From positions 45,880,001-45,944,000 of the forward strand of contig OZ024744.1 of NCBI GenBank assembly GCA_964016885.1: a DNA stretch of 64,000 nt, in the 5' to 3' direction. The stretch is from Eledone cirrhosa. Its lineage: Eukaryota. Positions 1-13,975 of the stretch are shown piece by piece. The translations under genes were made by a program, and so were the position numbers. The notes beneath the pieces are model-generated. The model searched no databases, had not been told where the DNA came from, and was given only the letters and a program-made list of their open reading frames with translations. The stretch's first letter is position 1; each line of letters opens with the position of its first letter.

Positions 1-1344
1 ATTTCATTTTTTTTCACCCGTTTTTTAATAAAGCATATATATGTAACTGTAGTTACTTAAATGAAATTATTTTTTTTTTATTTATTAAAAAATATAGATG
101 TAAGTGGATTTACTTAAATGAAATTATTTTTTTTTTCACGCGTTTTTTATTTTTTTATTTTTTTATTATAGCATATAGATGTAAGTGGAGTTACATAAAT
201 GAAATTATTTTTTTTTTCACGCGTTTTTTATTTTTTTTTAAAGAAAATCGATGTAGGCGGAGTTACTTAAATGAATTTTTTTTTTCATTAAAGCATATAG
301 ATGGAAGTGGAGTTACTTAAATGAAATTAATTAATTTTTTTATTTATTAAAGCATATAGATGTAAGTGGAGTTATTTAAATGAAATTATTATTTTTTTTT
401 TATTAAAACATATAGATGTGAGTGGACTTACTTAAATTAAATTTTTCTTTTCTTCACGCTTTTTTATTTTTTTATTTTTTTATTTTTTTATTTTTTTATT
501 TTTTTATTTTTTCATTAAAGCATATAGATGTAAGTGGAGTTACTTAGAAGAAATATATTTTTTTTAGCGTTTTTTATTTTTTTAAAGGATATATATATAA
601 ATGGAGTTACTTAAATGAAAATGTTTTATTTTTTTCACACGTTTTTTTTTTTCTTAAATTATATAGATGTAGCTGGAGTTACTTAAATGAAATTATTATT
701 ATTTTATTTTAGTAAAGCATATAGATGTAAGTGGAGGGTGTTACTTAAATGAAATTTTTTTTTATCATGCGTTTTTTATTTATTTATCTTTTTATAAAAG
801 CATATAGTTGTAAGTGGAGTTACTTAAATAAAAAAAATTTTCACGCATTTTTCAATTTTTATTTTATTTATTTTTATTTTTTTTATGTTTTTATTTTTAT
901 TTTTTTTTACTTTATTTTTTTTTTTTAATTATTTTTTTTATTAATGCATATAGATGTAAGTGGAGTTCAAGGAAATTATTTTTTTTTATTACAGCATATT
1001 GATGTAAGTGGAGTTACTTAAATTAATATTTTTTATTTTTGTTTACTTATTTTTTATTTTTTATTTTTTCTTAAAGCATAAAGATGTAAGTGGGGTTACT
1101 TAAATGAAATTATTTTATTTTTTTCACGCGTTTTTATTCTTTTATTTTTCCATTAAAGCATATAGATGTAAGTGGAGTTACTTAAATGAAATTTTTTTAC
1201 TTTCTTTCACGAGTTTTTTAGTTTTTTATTAAAGCATATAGATGTAAATGGAGTTACTCAAATGAAATTTTTTCATTTTTTTTCAAACGTTTTTTATTTT
1301 TTTATTTTTTTATTAAAGCATATAGATGTAAGTGGAGTTACTTT

Positions 1345-1533
1345 TGGCAGAATCGGTAGACGCTCGAACGCCATGCTTTGCAGCATAGAGTTCAAATCTG
1401 ATCTGAGTTAAAATCTGATCTGAGTTCAAATCCCGCCGAGGTTAACTTTGCCTTTCATTTTTACGGGGTCGATAAAATAAAGTACCAGTAATCTACTGAG
1501 TAAATTATTGGCCTTGTGCCTAACGTAGAAACA
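1345..1533 (+). mobile_element. tRNA-derived SINE copy, 5'-clipped, with a 17-bp internal duplication
   Basis: A-box-like TGGCAGAATCGG, B-box-like GAGTTCAAATCCC, central GCCTTTCAT...GGGGTCGATAAAATAAAGTACCAG, 3' end GTAGAAACA followed by (ATT)n. Confidence 0.8.
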
Positions 1534-3091
1534 ATTATTATTTTTTTTATTAAAGCATATAGAGATAAGTGGAGTTAGTTAAATGAAATTATTTTTTTAA
1601 ATATTATTGAAGCATATAGATGTAAGGTGAGTTACTTAATTGAATTTTTTTATTTTTTTCACGGGTTTTTATTTTTTTATTTTTTTATTAGAGCATATAG
1701 ATGTAAGTGGATTTACTTAAATGAAATTATTATTTTTTTCTTTTATTAAAGCATATAGATGTAAGTGGACATACTTAAATGAATTTTTTTTTTTTTTCAC
1801 GCGTTTTTTATTTTTCTAATTTTTCTTAAAAAAGCATATAGATGTAAGTGGAGTTACTTAAATGAAAGTATTTTTTTTTTATTACAGCATATAGATGTAA
1901 GTGGAGTTACTTAAATGAATTTTTTTTATTTTTGTCTACTCGTTTTTTATTTTTTATTTTTTATTTTTTCTTAAAACATATAGATGTAAGTGGAGTTACT
2001 TAAAAGAAATTTCTTTTTTCTAGCGTTTTTTATTTTTTTTAAGTATATATATATAAGTGGAGTTACTTAAATGAAAATGTTTTGTTTTTTTCACGCGTTT
2101 TTTATTTTTTTATTTTTTATTAAAGCATATAGATGGAGTTAGTTAAATGAAATTATTTTTTTTTTCTTAAAGTATATAGCTGTAAGAAGAGTTACTTAAA
2201 AGAAATTAGTATTTCTTTTTTATTAAAGAATATAGATGTGAGTGGAGTTATTTAAATGAAATTATTTTTTTTTATTACAGCATATAGATGTAAGTGGAGT
2301 TACTTAAATGAATTTTTTTTATTTTTGTTTATTCGTTTTTTATTTTTTATTTTTTATTAAAGCATATAGATGTAAGTGGAGTTACTTAAAAGAAATTTCT
2401 TTTTTTCTAGCGTTTTTTATTTTTTTAAGTATATATATATAAGTGGAGTTACTTAAATGAAAATGTTTTATTATTTTCACGCGTTTTTTATTTTTTATTT
2501 TTTTATTAAAGCTTATAGATGTAGGTGGAGTTACTTAAATGAAATTATTATTTTTTTTTTAATATATCATATAAATGTAAGTGGAGTTACTTAAATGAAA
2601 TTATTAGTTTTTTATTTTATTAAAGCATATAGATGTAAGTGGAGTTAGTTGAATGGAATTTTTTTTTTCAGCGTTTTTTATTTTTTTATTAAAGCATATA
2701 GATATAAGTGGAGTTATTTAAATGAAATTTTTTTATTTTTTTATTTATTAAACCATATAGATGTAAGTGGAGTTACTTAAATGAATTTGTTTTATTTTAC
2801 GCATTTTTTTTTTTTTTTGTTTTTTTCATTAAAGCTGTAAGTGGAGTTACTTAAATAAAAATTTTTTACATTTTGTCACCAGTTTGTTAGTTTTTAATTT
2901 AAGAATGTAGATGTAAGTGGAGTTACTTAAATGAAATTTTTTTACTTTCTTTCACGAGTTTTTTTAGTTTTTTTTATTAAAGCATATAGATGTAAATGGA
3001 GTTACTTAAATGAAATTTTTTCATTTTCTTTCAAGCGTTTATTATTTTTTATTTTTTTATTGAAGCATATAGATGTAAGTGTAGTTACTTT

Positions 3092-3263
3092 TGGCAGAAT
3101 CGGTAGAGGGTCGAACGCATATGCTTTGCAGCATAGAGATCAAATCTGATCTGAGTTCAAATCCCGCCGAGGTTAACTTTGCCTTTCATTTTTACAGGGT
3201 CCATAAAATAAAATACCAGTAATCTGCTGGCTAATTATTGGCCTTATGCCTAACGTAGAAACA
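3092..3263 (+). mobile_element. tRNA-derived SINE copy
   Basis: Same A/B-box-like motifs and body as 1345-1533. Confidence 0.8.
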
Positions 3264-4449
3264 ATTATTATTTTTTTTTGTTAAAGCATATAGAGGTAAT
3301 TGGAGTTAGTTAAATGAAATTATTTTTTTTATTATTATTGAAGCATATAGATGTAAGGTGAGTGAGTTAATTGAAATTTAATATTTTTTTCACGGGTTTT
3401 TATTTTTTTTTTTTTTTATTAAAGCATATAGATGGAGTTAGTTAAATGAAGTTATTTTTTTAAAATTAAAGTATTAGATGTAAGTGGAGTTAAATGAAAT
3501 TATTATTTTTTTTTATTAAAGCATATAGATGTAAGTGGAGTTACTTAAATGTAATTATTATTTTTTTTTTATTAAAGCATATAGATGTAAGTGAACTTAC
3601 TTAAATGAAATTTTTTTTTTTCACGCGTTTTTTATTTTTTTCTCTTTTTCGTAAAAAAGCATATAGATGTAAGTGGAGTTACTTAAATGAATTTTTTTTA
3701 TTTTTTATTTTTTATTAAAGCATATAGATGTAAGTGGAGTTACTTAAAAGAAATTTCTTTTTTCTAGCGTTTTTTTATTTTTTTAAGTATATATATATAA
3801 GTGGAGTTACTTAAATGAAAATGTTTTATTTTTTTCACGCGTTTTTTATTTTTTTATTTTTTTATTAAAGCTTATAGATGTAGGTGGAGTTACTTAAATG
3901 AAATTATTATTTTTTTTTTAATAAAGCATATAAATGTAAGTGGAGTTACTTAAATGAAATTATTAGTTTTTTTATTTTATTAAAGCATATAGATGTAAGT
4001 GGAGTTAGTTGAATGGAATTTTTTTTTCAGCGTTTTTTATTTTTTTATTAAAGCATATAGATATAAGTGGAGTTATTTAAATGAAATTTTTTTATTTTTT
4101 TATTTATTAAACCATATAGATGTAAGTGGAGTTACTTAAATGAATTTGTTTTATTTTACGCATTTTTTTTTTTTTTTGTTTTTTTCATTAAAGCTGTAAG
4201 TGGAGTTACTTAAATAAAAATTTTTTACATTTTGTCACCAGTTTTTTAGTTTTTAATTTTAGAATGTAGATGTAAGTGGAGTTACTTAAATGAAATTTTT
4301 TTACTTTCTTTCACGAGTTTTTTTAGTTTTTTTATTAAAGCATATAGATGTAAATGGAGTTACTTAAATGAAATTTTTTCATTTTTTTTCAAGCGTTTAT
4401 TATTTTTTATTTTTTTATTAAAGCATATAGATGTAAGTGTAGTTACTTT

Positions 4450-4621
4450 TGGCAGAATCGGTAGAGAGTCGAACGCATATGCTTTGCAGCATAGAGATCA
4501 AATCTGATCTGAGTTCAAATCCCGCCGAGGTTAACTTTGCCTTTCATTTTTACGGGGTCCATAAAATAAAATACCAGTAATCTGCTGGCTAATTATTGGC
4601 CTTATGCCTAACGTAGAAACA
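4450..4621 (+). mobile_element. tRNA-derived SINE copy
   Basis: Same family; amplified with the higher-order unit. Confidence 0.8.
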
Positions 4622-5578
4622 ATTATTATTTTTTTTTGTTAAAGCATATAGAGGTAATTGGAGTTAGTTAAATGAAATTATTTTTTTTATTATTATTGAA
4701 GCATATAGATGTAAGGTGAGTGACTTAATTGAAATTTAATATTTTTTTCACGGGTTTTTATTTTTTTTTTTTTTTATTAAAGCATATAGATGGAGTTAGT
4801 TAAATGAAGTTATTTTTAAAATTAAAGTATTAGATGTAAGTGGAGTTAAATGAAATTATTATTTTTTTTTATTAAAGCATATAGATGTAAGTGGAGTTAC
4901 TTAAAAGAAATTTCTTTTTTCTAGCGTTTTTTATTTTTTTAAGTATACATATATAAGTGGAGTTACTTAAATGAAAATGTTTTATTTTTTTCACGCGTGT
5001 TTTATTTTTTTATTTTTTTATTAAAGCTTATAGATGTAGGTGGAGTTACTTAAATGAAATTATTATTTTTTTTTTAATAAAGCATAAAAATGTAAGTGGA
5101 GTTACTTAAATGAAATTATTAGTTTTTTTATTTTATTAAAGCATATAGATGTAAGTGGAGTTAGTTGAATGGAATTTTTTTTTTCAGCGTTTTTTATTTT
5201 TTTATTAAAGCATATAGATATAAGCGGAGTTATTTAAATGAAATTTTTTTATTTTTTTATTTATTAAACCATATAGATGTAAGTGGAGTTACTTAAATGA
5301 ATTTGTTTTATTTCACGCATTTTTTTTTTTTTTTTTTTTTTTTTCATTAAAGCTGTAAGTGGAGTTACTTAAATAAAATTTTTTTACATTTTGTCACCAG
5401 TTTTTTAGTTTCTAATTTAAGAATGTAGATGTAAGTGGAGTTACTTAAATGAAGTTATTATTTTTTTATTTTATTATGCGGAGCGAACTTACTTAAATGA
5501 AATTTTTTCATTTTTTTTCAAGCGTTTATTATTTTTTATTTTTTTATTAAAGCATATAGATGTAAGTGTAGTTACTTT

Positions 5579-5750
5579 TGGCAGAATCGGTAGAGGGTCG
5601 AACGCATATGCTTTGCAGCATAGACATCAAATCTGATCTGAGTTCAAATCCCGCCGAGGTTAACTTTGCCTTTCATTTTTACGTGGTCCATAAAATAAAA
5701 TACCAGTAATCTGCTGGCTAATTATTGGCCTTATGCCTAACGTAGAAACA
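5579..5750 (+). mobile_element. tRNA-derived SINE copy
   Basis: Same family; amplified with the higher-order unit. Confidence 0.8.
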
Positions 5751-6959
5751 ATTATTATTTTTTTTTTTTAAAGCATATAGAGGTAATTGGAGTTAGTTAA
5801 ATGAAATTATTTTTTTTATTATTATTGAAGCATATAGATGTAAGGTGAGTGACTTAATTGAAATTTAATATTTTTTTCACAGGTTTTTATTTTTTTATTT
5901 TTTTTATTAAAGCATATAGATGGAGTTAGTTAAATGAAGTTATTTTTTTAAAATTAAAGTATTAGATGTAAGTGGAGTTAAATGAAATTATTATTTTTTT
6001 TTATTAAAGCATATAGATGTAAGTGGAGTTACTTAAATGTAATTATTTTTTTTTTTTATTAAAGCATATAGATGTACGTGAACTTACTTAAATGAAATTT
6101 TTTTTTTTTCACGCGTTTTTTATTTTTTTCTCTTTTTCTTAAAAAAGCATATAGATGTAAGTGGAGTTACTTAAATGAATTTTTTTTATTTTTGTTTATT
6201 CGTTTTTTATTTTTTATTCTTTATTAAAGCATATAGATGTAAGTGGAGTTACTTAAAAGAAATTTCTTTTTTCTAGCGTTTTTTATTTTTTTAAGTATAT
6301 ATATATAAGTGGAGTTACTTAAATGAAAATGTTTTATTTTTTTCACGCGTGTTTTATTTTTTTATTTTTTTATTAAAGCTTATAGATGTAGGTGGAGTTA
6401 CTTAAATGAAATTATTATTTTTTTTAATAAAGCATAAAAATGTAAGTGGAGTTACTTAAATGAAATTATTAGTTTTTTTATTTTATTAAAGCATATAGAT
6501 GTAAGTGGAGTTAGTTGAATGGAATTTTTTTTTTCAGCGTTTTTTATTTTTTTATTAAAGCATATAGATATAAGTGGAGTTATTTAAATGAAATTTTTTG
6601 ATTTTTTTATTTATTAAACCATATAGATGTAAGTGGAGTTACTTAAATGAATTTGTTTTATTTCACGCACTTTTTTTTTTTTTTTTTTTTTTTTTCATTA
6701 AAGCTGTAAGTGGAGTTACTTAAATAAAATTTTTTTACATTTTGTCACCAGTTTTTTAGTTTCTAATTTAAGAATGTAGATGTAAGTGGAGTTACTTAAA
6801 TGAAATTTTTTTACTTTCTTTCACGAGTTTTTTTAGTTTTTTTATTAAAGCATATAGATGTAAATGGAGTTACTTAAATGAAATTTTTTCATTTTTTTTC
6901 AAGCGTTTATTATTTTTTATTTTTTTATTAAAGCATATAGATGTAAGTGTAGTTACTTT

Positions 6960-7131
6960 TGGCAGAATCGGTAGAGGGTCGAACGCATATGCTTTGCAGC
7001 ATAGAGATCAAATCTGATCTGAGTTCAAATCCCGCCGAGGTTAACTTTGCCTTTCATTTTTACGGGGTCCATAAAATAAAATGCCAGTAATCTGCTGGCT
7101 AATTATTGGCCTTATGCCTAACGTAGAAACA
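6960..7131 (+). mobile_element. tRNA-derived SINE copy
   Basis: Same family; amplified with the higher-order unit. Confidence 0.8.
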
Positions 7132-10100
7132 ATTATTATTTTTTTTTGTTAAAGCATATAGAGGTAATTGGAGTTAGTTAAATGAAATTATTTTTTTTAT
7201 TATTATTGAAGCATATAGATGTAAGGTGAGTGACTTAATTGAAATTTAATATTTTTTTCACGGGTTTTTATTTTTCTATTTTTTTATTAAAGCATATAGA
7301 TGGAGTTAGTTAAATGAAGTTATTTTTTTTAAATTAAAGTATTAGATGTAAGTGGAGTTAAATGAAATTATTATTTTTTTTTATTAAAGCATATAGATGT
7401 AAGTGGAGTTACTTAAATGTAATTATTATTTTTTTTTATTAAAGCATATAGATGTAAGTGAACTTAGTTAAATGAAATTTTTTTTTTTTTCACGCGTTTT
7501 TTATTTTTTTCTCTTTTTCTTAAAAAAGCATATAGATGTAAGTGGAGTTACTTAAATGAAAGTGTATTTTTTTATTAAAGCATATAGATGTAAGTGCAGT
7601 TACTTAAATGAAATTATATATTTATTGTTTTTATTAAAGTATATAGATGTAAGTGGAGTTACCTAAATGAAATTATTATTATTTTATTTTATTAAAGCAT
7701 ATAGATGTAAGTGGAGGGTGTTACTTAAATGAAATTTTTTTTATCATGCGTTTTTTATTTATTTATCTTTTTATAAAAGCATATAGTTGTAAGTGGAGTT
7801 ACTTAAATAAAAAAAATTTTCACGCATTTTTCAATTTTTATTTTTATTTATTTTTATTATATTTATGTTTTTATTTTTTTTATTTTTTTTATTTTATTTT
7901 TTTTTTTTTATTAAAGCATATAGATGTAGGTGGAGTTCAAGGAAATTATTTTTTTTTATTACAGCATATAGATGTAAGTGGAGTTACTTAAATTAATATT
8001 TTTTATTTTTGTTTACTTATTTTTTATGTTTTATTTTTTCTTAAAGCATAAAGATGTAAGGGGGTTACTTAAATGAAATTTTTTCTATTTTTTCACGCGT
8101 TTTTATTTTTTTATTTTTCCATTAAAGCATATAGATGTAAGTGGAGTTACTTAAAATAAATTACTTTTTTCTAGCGTTTTTTATTTTTTTTAAGTATATA
8201 TATATAAGTGTAGATATTAAGTGAAAATGTTTTATTTTTTTCACGCGTTTCTTATTTTTTTTTTTTTTTCTTAAATTATATAGATGTAGGTGGAGTAATT
8301 TAAATGAAATTATTATTTATTTTTTTAATAAAGCATTTAAATGTAAGTAGAGTTACTTAAATGAAATTATTAGTTTTTTATTTTATTAAAGTATATATAT
8401 GTAAGTGGAGTTACTTAAATGAAATTATTTTATTTTTTTCACGCGTTTTTTATTAAAGCATATAGATGTCAATGTAGTTACTTAAATGAAATTATTTTAT
8501 TTTTTTATTTATTAAAGCATATAGATGTAAGTGGAGTTACTTAAATGAATTTTCTTTTTCACGCGTTTTTTATTTTTTTAAGTTTTTATTTTTTTGTTTT
8601 TTTATTAAAGCATATGGATGTAAGTGAAGTTACTTAAATAAAGTTATTTGTTTTTGTTCACGCGTTTTTTATTTTTTTATTAAAGCATATCGATGAAAGT
8701 GGAGTTACTTAAATGAATTTATTTTTTTCATTAAAAATATAGATGTAAGTGGAGTTACTTAATTGAAATTAATTAATTTTTTTATTTATTAAATCATATA
8801 GATGTAAGTGGAGTTACTTAAATGAAATTATAATTTTTTTATTTTATTAAAGCATATAGATGTAAGTGAACTTAAATGAAATTTTTTTTTTTTCACGCGT
8901 GTTTATTTATTTTTTTTCATTAAAGCATATAGATGTAAGTAGAGTTACTTAAGAGAAATATCTTTTTTCTAGCGTTTTTTATTTTTTTAAAGTATATATA
9001 TATGAATGGAGTTACTTAAATGAAAATGTTTTATTTTTTTGACGCGTTTTTTTTTTTTTCTTAAATTATATAGAGGAAATTATTATTTATTACTTAAATG
9101 AAATTATTATTTTTTTTTTTATTAAAGCATATAAATGTAAGTGGAGTTACTTAAATGAAATTATTAGTTTTTTTTTCATTAAAGCAGATAGATGTAAGTG
9201 GAGTTACTTAAATGAAGTTATTATTTTTTTATTTTCTTATGCGGAGCGAACTTACTTAAATGAAATTTTTTTTTTTTTCACGCGTTTTTATTTTTTAATT
9301 TTTTAATTAAAGCATATAGATGTAAGTTGAGTTAGTTAAATGAAATTATTTCATTTTTTTTCACCCGTTTTTTAATAAAGCATATATATGTAACTGTAGT
9401 TACTTAAATGAAATTATTTTTTTTTTATTTATTAAAAAATATAGATGTAAGTGGATTTACTTAAATGAAATTATTTTTTTTTTCACGCGTTTTTTATTTT
9501 TTTATTTTTTTATTATAGCATATAGATGTAAGTGGAGTTACATAAATGAAATTATTTTTTTTTTCAGGCGTTTTTTATTTTTTTTTAAAGAAAATCGATG
9601 TAGGCGGAGTTACTTAAATGAATTTTTTTTTTCATTAAAGCATATAGATGGAAGTGGAGTTACTTAAATGAAATTCATTAATTTTTTTATTTATTAAAGC
9701 ATATAGATGTAAGTGGAGTTATTTAAATGAAATTATTATTTTTTTTTTATTAAAACATATAGATGTGAGTGGACTTACTTAAATTAAATTTTTCTTTTCT
9801 TCACGCTTTTTTATTTTTTTATTTTTTTATTTTTTTATTTTTTTATTTTTTTATTTTTTTATTTTTTCATTAAAGCATATAGATGTAAGTGGAGTTACTT
9901 AGAAGAAATATATTTTTTTTAGCGTTTTTTATTTTTTTAAAGGATATATATATAAATGGAGTTACTTAAATGAAAATGTTTTATTTTTTTCACACGTTTT
10001 TTTTTTTCTTAAATTATATAGATGTAGCTGGAGTTACTTAAATGAAATTATTATTATTTTATTTTAGTAAAGCATATAGATGTAAGTGGAGGGTGTTACT

Positions 10101-10699
10101 TAAATGAAATTTTTTTTTATCATGCGTTTTTTATTTATTTATCTTTTTATAAAAGCATATAGTTGTAAGTGGAGTTACTTAAATAAAAAAAATTTTCACG
10201 CATTTTTCAATTTTTATTTTATTTATTTTTATTTTTTTTATGTTTTTATTTTTATTTTTTTTTACTTTATTTTTTTTTTTTTATTTTTTTTTTTTATTAA
10301 AGCATATAGATGTAAGTGGAGTTCAAGGAAATTATTTTTTTTATTACAGCATATTGATGTAAGTGGAGTTACTTAAATTAATATTTTTTATTTTTGTTTA
10401 CTTATTTTTTATTTTTTATTTTTTCTTAAAGCATAAAGATGTAAGTGGGGTTACTTAAATGAAATTATTTTATTTTTTTCACGCGTTTTTATTCTTTTAT
10501 TTTTCCATTAAAGCATATAGATGTAAGTGGAGTTACTTAAATGAAATTTTTTTACTTTCTTTCACGAGTTTTTTAGTTTTTTATTAAAGCATATAGATGT
10601 AAATGGAGTTACTCAAATGAAATTTTTTCATTTTTTTTCAAACGTTTTTTATTTTTTTATTTTTTTATTAAAGCATATAGATGTAAGTGGAGTTACTTT

Positions 10700-10888
10700 T
10701 GGCAGAATCGGTAGACGCTCGAACGCCATGCTTTGCAGCATAGAGTTCAAATCTGATCTGAGTTAAAATCTGATCTGAGTTCAAATCCCGCCGAGGTTAA
10801 CTTTACCTTTCATTTTTACGGGGTCGATAAAATAAAGTACCAGTAATCTACTGAGTAAATTATTGGCCTTGTGCCTAACGTAGAAACA
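10700..10888 (+). mobile_element. tRNA-derived SINE copy (paralog of 1345-1533)
   Basis: Shares the GACGCTCGAACG variant and the 17-bp duplication. Confidence 0.8.
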
Positions 10889-12446
10889 ATTATTATTTTT
10901 TTTATTAAAGCATATAGAGATAAGTGGAGTTAGTTAAATGAAATTATTTTTTTAAATATTATTGAAGCATATAGATGTAAGGTGAGTTACTTAATTGAAT
11001 TTTTTTATTTTTTTCACGGGTTTTTATTTTTTTATTTTTTTATTAAAGCATATAGATGTAAGTGGATTTACTTAAATGAAATTATTATTTTTTTCTTTTA
11101 TTAAAGCATATAGATGTAAGTGGACATACTTAAATGAATTTTTTTTTTTTTTCACGCGTTTTTTATTTTTTTAATTTTTCTTAAAAAAGCATATAGATGT
11201 AAGTGGAGTTACTTAAATGAAAGTATTTTTTTTTTATTACAGCATATAGATGTAAGTGGAGTTACTTAAATGAATTTTTTTTATTTTTGTCTACTCGTTT
11301 TTTATTTTTTATTTTTTATTTTTTCTTAAAGCATATAGATGTAAGTGGAGTTACTTAAAAGAAATTTCTTTTTTCTAGCGTTTTTATTTTTTTTAAGTAT
11401 ATATATATAAGTGGAGTTACTTAAATGAAAATGTTTTGTTTTTTTCACGCGTTTTTTATTTTTTTACTTTTTATTAAAGCATATAGATGGAGTTAGTTAA
11501 ATGAAATTATTTTTTTTTTCTTAAAGTATATAGCTGTAAGAAGAGTTACTTAAAAGAAATTAGTATTTCTTTTTTATTAAAGAATATAGATGTGAGTGGA
11601 GTTATTTAAATGAAATTATTTTTTTTTATTACAGCATATAGATGTAAGTGGAGTTACTTAAATGAATTTTTTTTATTTTTGTTTATTCGTTTTTTATTTT
11701 TTATTTTTTATTAAAGCATATAGATGTAAGTGGAGTTACTTAAAAGAAATTTCTTTTTTTCTAGCGTTTTTTATTTTTTTAAGTATATATATATAAGTGG
11801 AGTTACTTAAATGAAAATGTTTTATTATTTTCACGCGTTTTTTATTTTTTTATTTTTTTATTAAAGCTTATAGATGTAGGTGGAGTTACTTAAATGAAAT
11901 TATTATTTTTTTTCTAATATATCATATAAATGTAAGTGGAGTTACTTAAATGAAATTATTAGTTTTTTATTTTATTAAAGCATATAGATGTAAGTGGAGT
12001 TAGTTGAATGGAATTTTTTTTTTCAGCGTTTTTTATTTTTTTATTAAAGCATATAGATATAAGTGGAGTTATTTAAATGAAATTTTTTTATTTTTTTATT
12101 TATTAAACCATATAGATGTAAGTGGAGTTACTTAAATGAATTTGTTTTATTTTACGCATTTTTTTTTTTTTTTGTTTTTTTCATTAAAGCTGTAAGTGGA
12201 GTTACTTAAATAAAAATTTTTTACATTTTGTCACCAGTTTTTTAGTTTTTAATTTAAGAATGTAGATGTAAGTGGAGTTACTTAAATGAAATTTTTTTAC
12301 TTTCTTTCACGAGTTTTTTTAGTTTTTTTTATTAAAGCATATAGATGTAAATGGAGTTACTTAAATGAAATTTTTTCATTTTCTTTCAAGCGTTTATTAT
12401 TTTTTATTTTTTTATTGAAGCATATAGATGTAAGTGTAGTTACTTT

Positions 12447-12618
12447 TGGCAGAATCGGTAGAGGGTCGAACGCATATGCTTTGCAGCATAGAGATCAAAT
12501 CTGATCTGAGTTCAAATCCCGCCGAGGTTAACTTTGCCTTTCATTTTTACAGGGTCCATAAAATAAAATACCAGTAATCTGCTGGCTAATTATTGGCCTT
12601 ATGCCTAACGTAGAAACA
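12447..12618 (+). mobile_element. tRNA-derived SINE copy
   Basis: Paralog of 3092-3263 at the 9.35 kb offset. Confidence 0.8.
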
Positions 12619-13803
12619 ATTATTATTTTTTTTTGTTAAAGCATATAGAGGTAATTGGAGTTAGTTAAATGAAATTATTTTTTTTATTATTATTGAAGCA
12701 TATAGATGTAAGGTGAGTGACTTAATTGAAATTTAATATTTTTTTCACGGGTTTTTATTTTTTTTTTTTTTTATTAAAGCATATAGATGGAGTTAGTTAA
12801 ATGAAGTTATTTTTTAAAAATTAAAGTATTAGATGTAAGTGGAGTTAAATGAAATTATTATTTTTTTTTATTAAAGCATATAGATGTAAGTGGAGTTACT
12901 TAAATGTAATTATTATTTTTTTTTTATTAAAGCATATAGATGTAAGTGAACTTACTTAAATGAAATTTTTTTTTTTCACGCGTTTTTTATTTTTTTCTCT
13001 TTTTCGTAAAAAAGCATATAGATGTAAGTGGAGTTACTTAAATGAATTTTTTTTATTTTTTATTTTTTATTAAAGCATATAGATGTAAGTGGACTTACTT
13101 AAAAGAAATTTCTTTTTTCTAGCGTTTTTTATTTTTTTAAGTATATATATATAAGTGGAGTTACTTAAATGAAAATGTTTTATTTTTTTCACGCGTTTTT
13201 TATTTTTTTATTTTTTTATTAAAGCTTATAGATGTAGGTGGAGTTACTTAAATGAAATTATTATTTTTTTTTTAATAAAGCATATAAATGTAAGTGGAGT
13301 TACTTAAATGAAATTATTAGTTTTTTTATTTTATTAAAGCATATAGATGTAAGTGGAGTTAGTTGAATGGAATTTTTTTTTTCAGCGTTTTTTATTTTTT
13401 TATTAAAGCATATAGATATAAGTGGAGTTATTTAAATGAAATTTTTTTATTTTTTTATTTATTAAACCATATAGATGTAAGTGGAGTTACTTAAATGAAT
13501 TTGTTTTATTTCACGCATTTTTTTTTTTTTTTTTTTTTTCATTAAAGCTGTAAGTGGAGTTACTTAAATAAAAATTTTTTACATTTTGTCACCAGTTTTT
13601 TAGTTTTTAATTTTAGAATGTAGATGTAAGTGGAGTTACTTAAATGAAATTTTTTTACTTTCTTTCACGAGTTTTTTTAGTTTTTTTATTAAAGCATATA
13701 GATGTAAATGGAGTTACTTAAATGAAATTTTTTCATTTTTTTTCAAGCGTTTATTATTTTTTATTTTTTCATTAAAGCATATAGATGTAAGTGTAGTTAC
13801 TTT

Positions 13804-13975
13804 TGGCAGAATCGGTAGAGGGTCGAACGCATATGCTTTGCAGCATAGAGATCAATTCTGATCTGAGTTCAAATCCCGCCGAGGTTAACTTTGCCTTTCA
13901 TTTTTACGGGGTCCATAAAATAAAATACCAGTAATCTGCTGGCTAATTATTGGCCTTATGCCTAACGTAGAAACA
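13804..13975 (+). mobile_element. tRNA-derived SINE copy
   Basis: Paralog of 4450-4621 at the 9.35 kb offset. Confidence 0.8.

Larger units (their letters stand above)
2360..7550 (+). repeat. Four ~1.1-1.4 kb higher-order units, each containing one SINE copy
   Basis: Diagnostic variants (AAAGCTTATAGATGTAGG, GTTGAATGGAA, CATTAAAGCTGTAAG, TTGTCACCAG) recur in the same order before the SINEs at 3092, 4450, 5579 and 6960. Confidence 0.85.
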
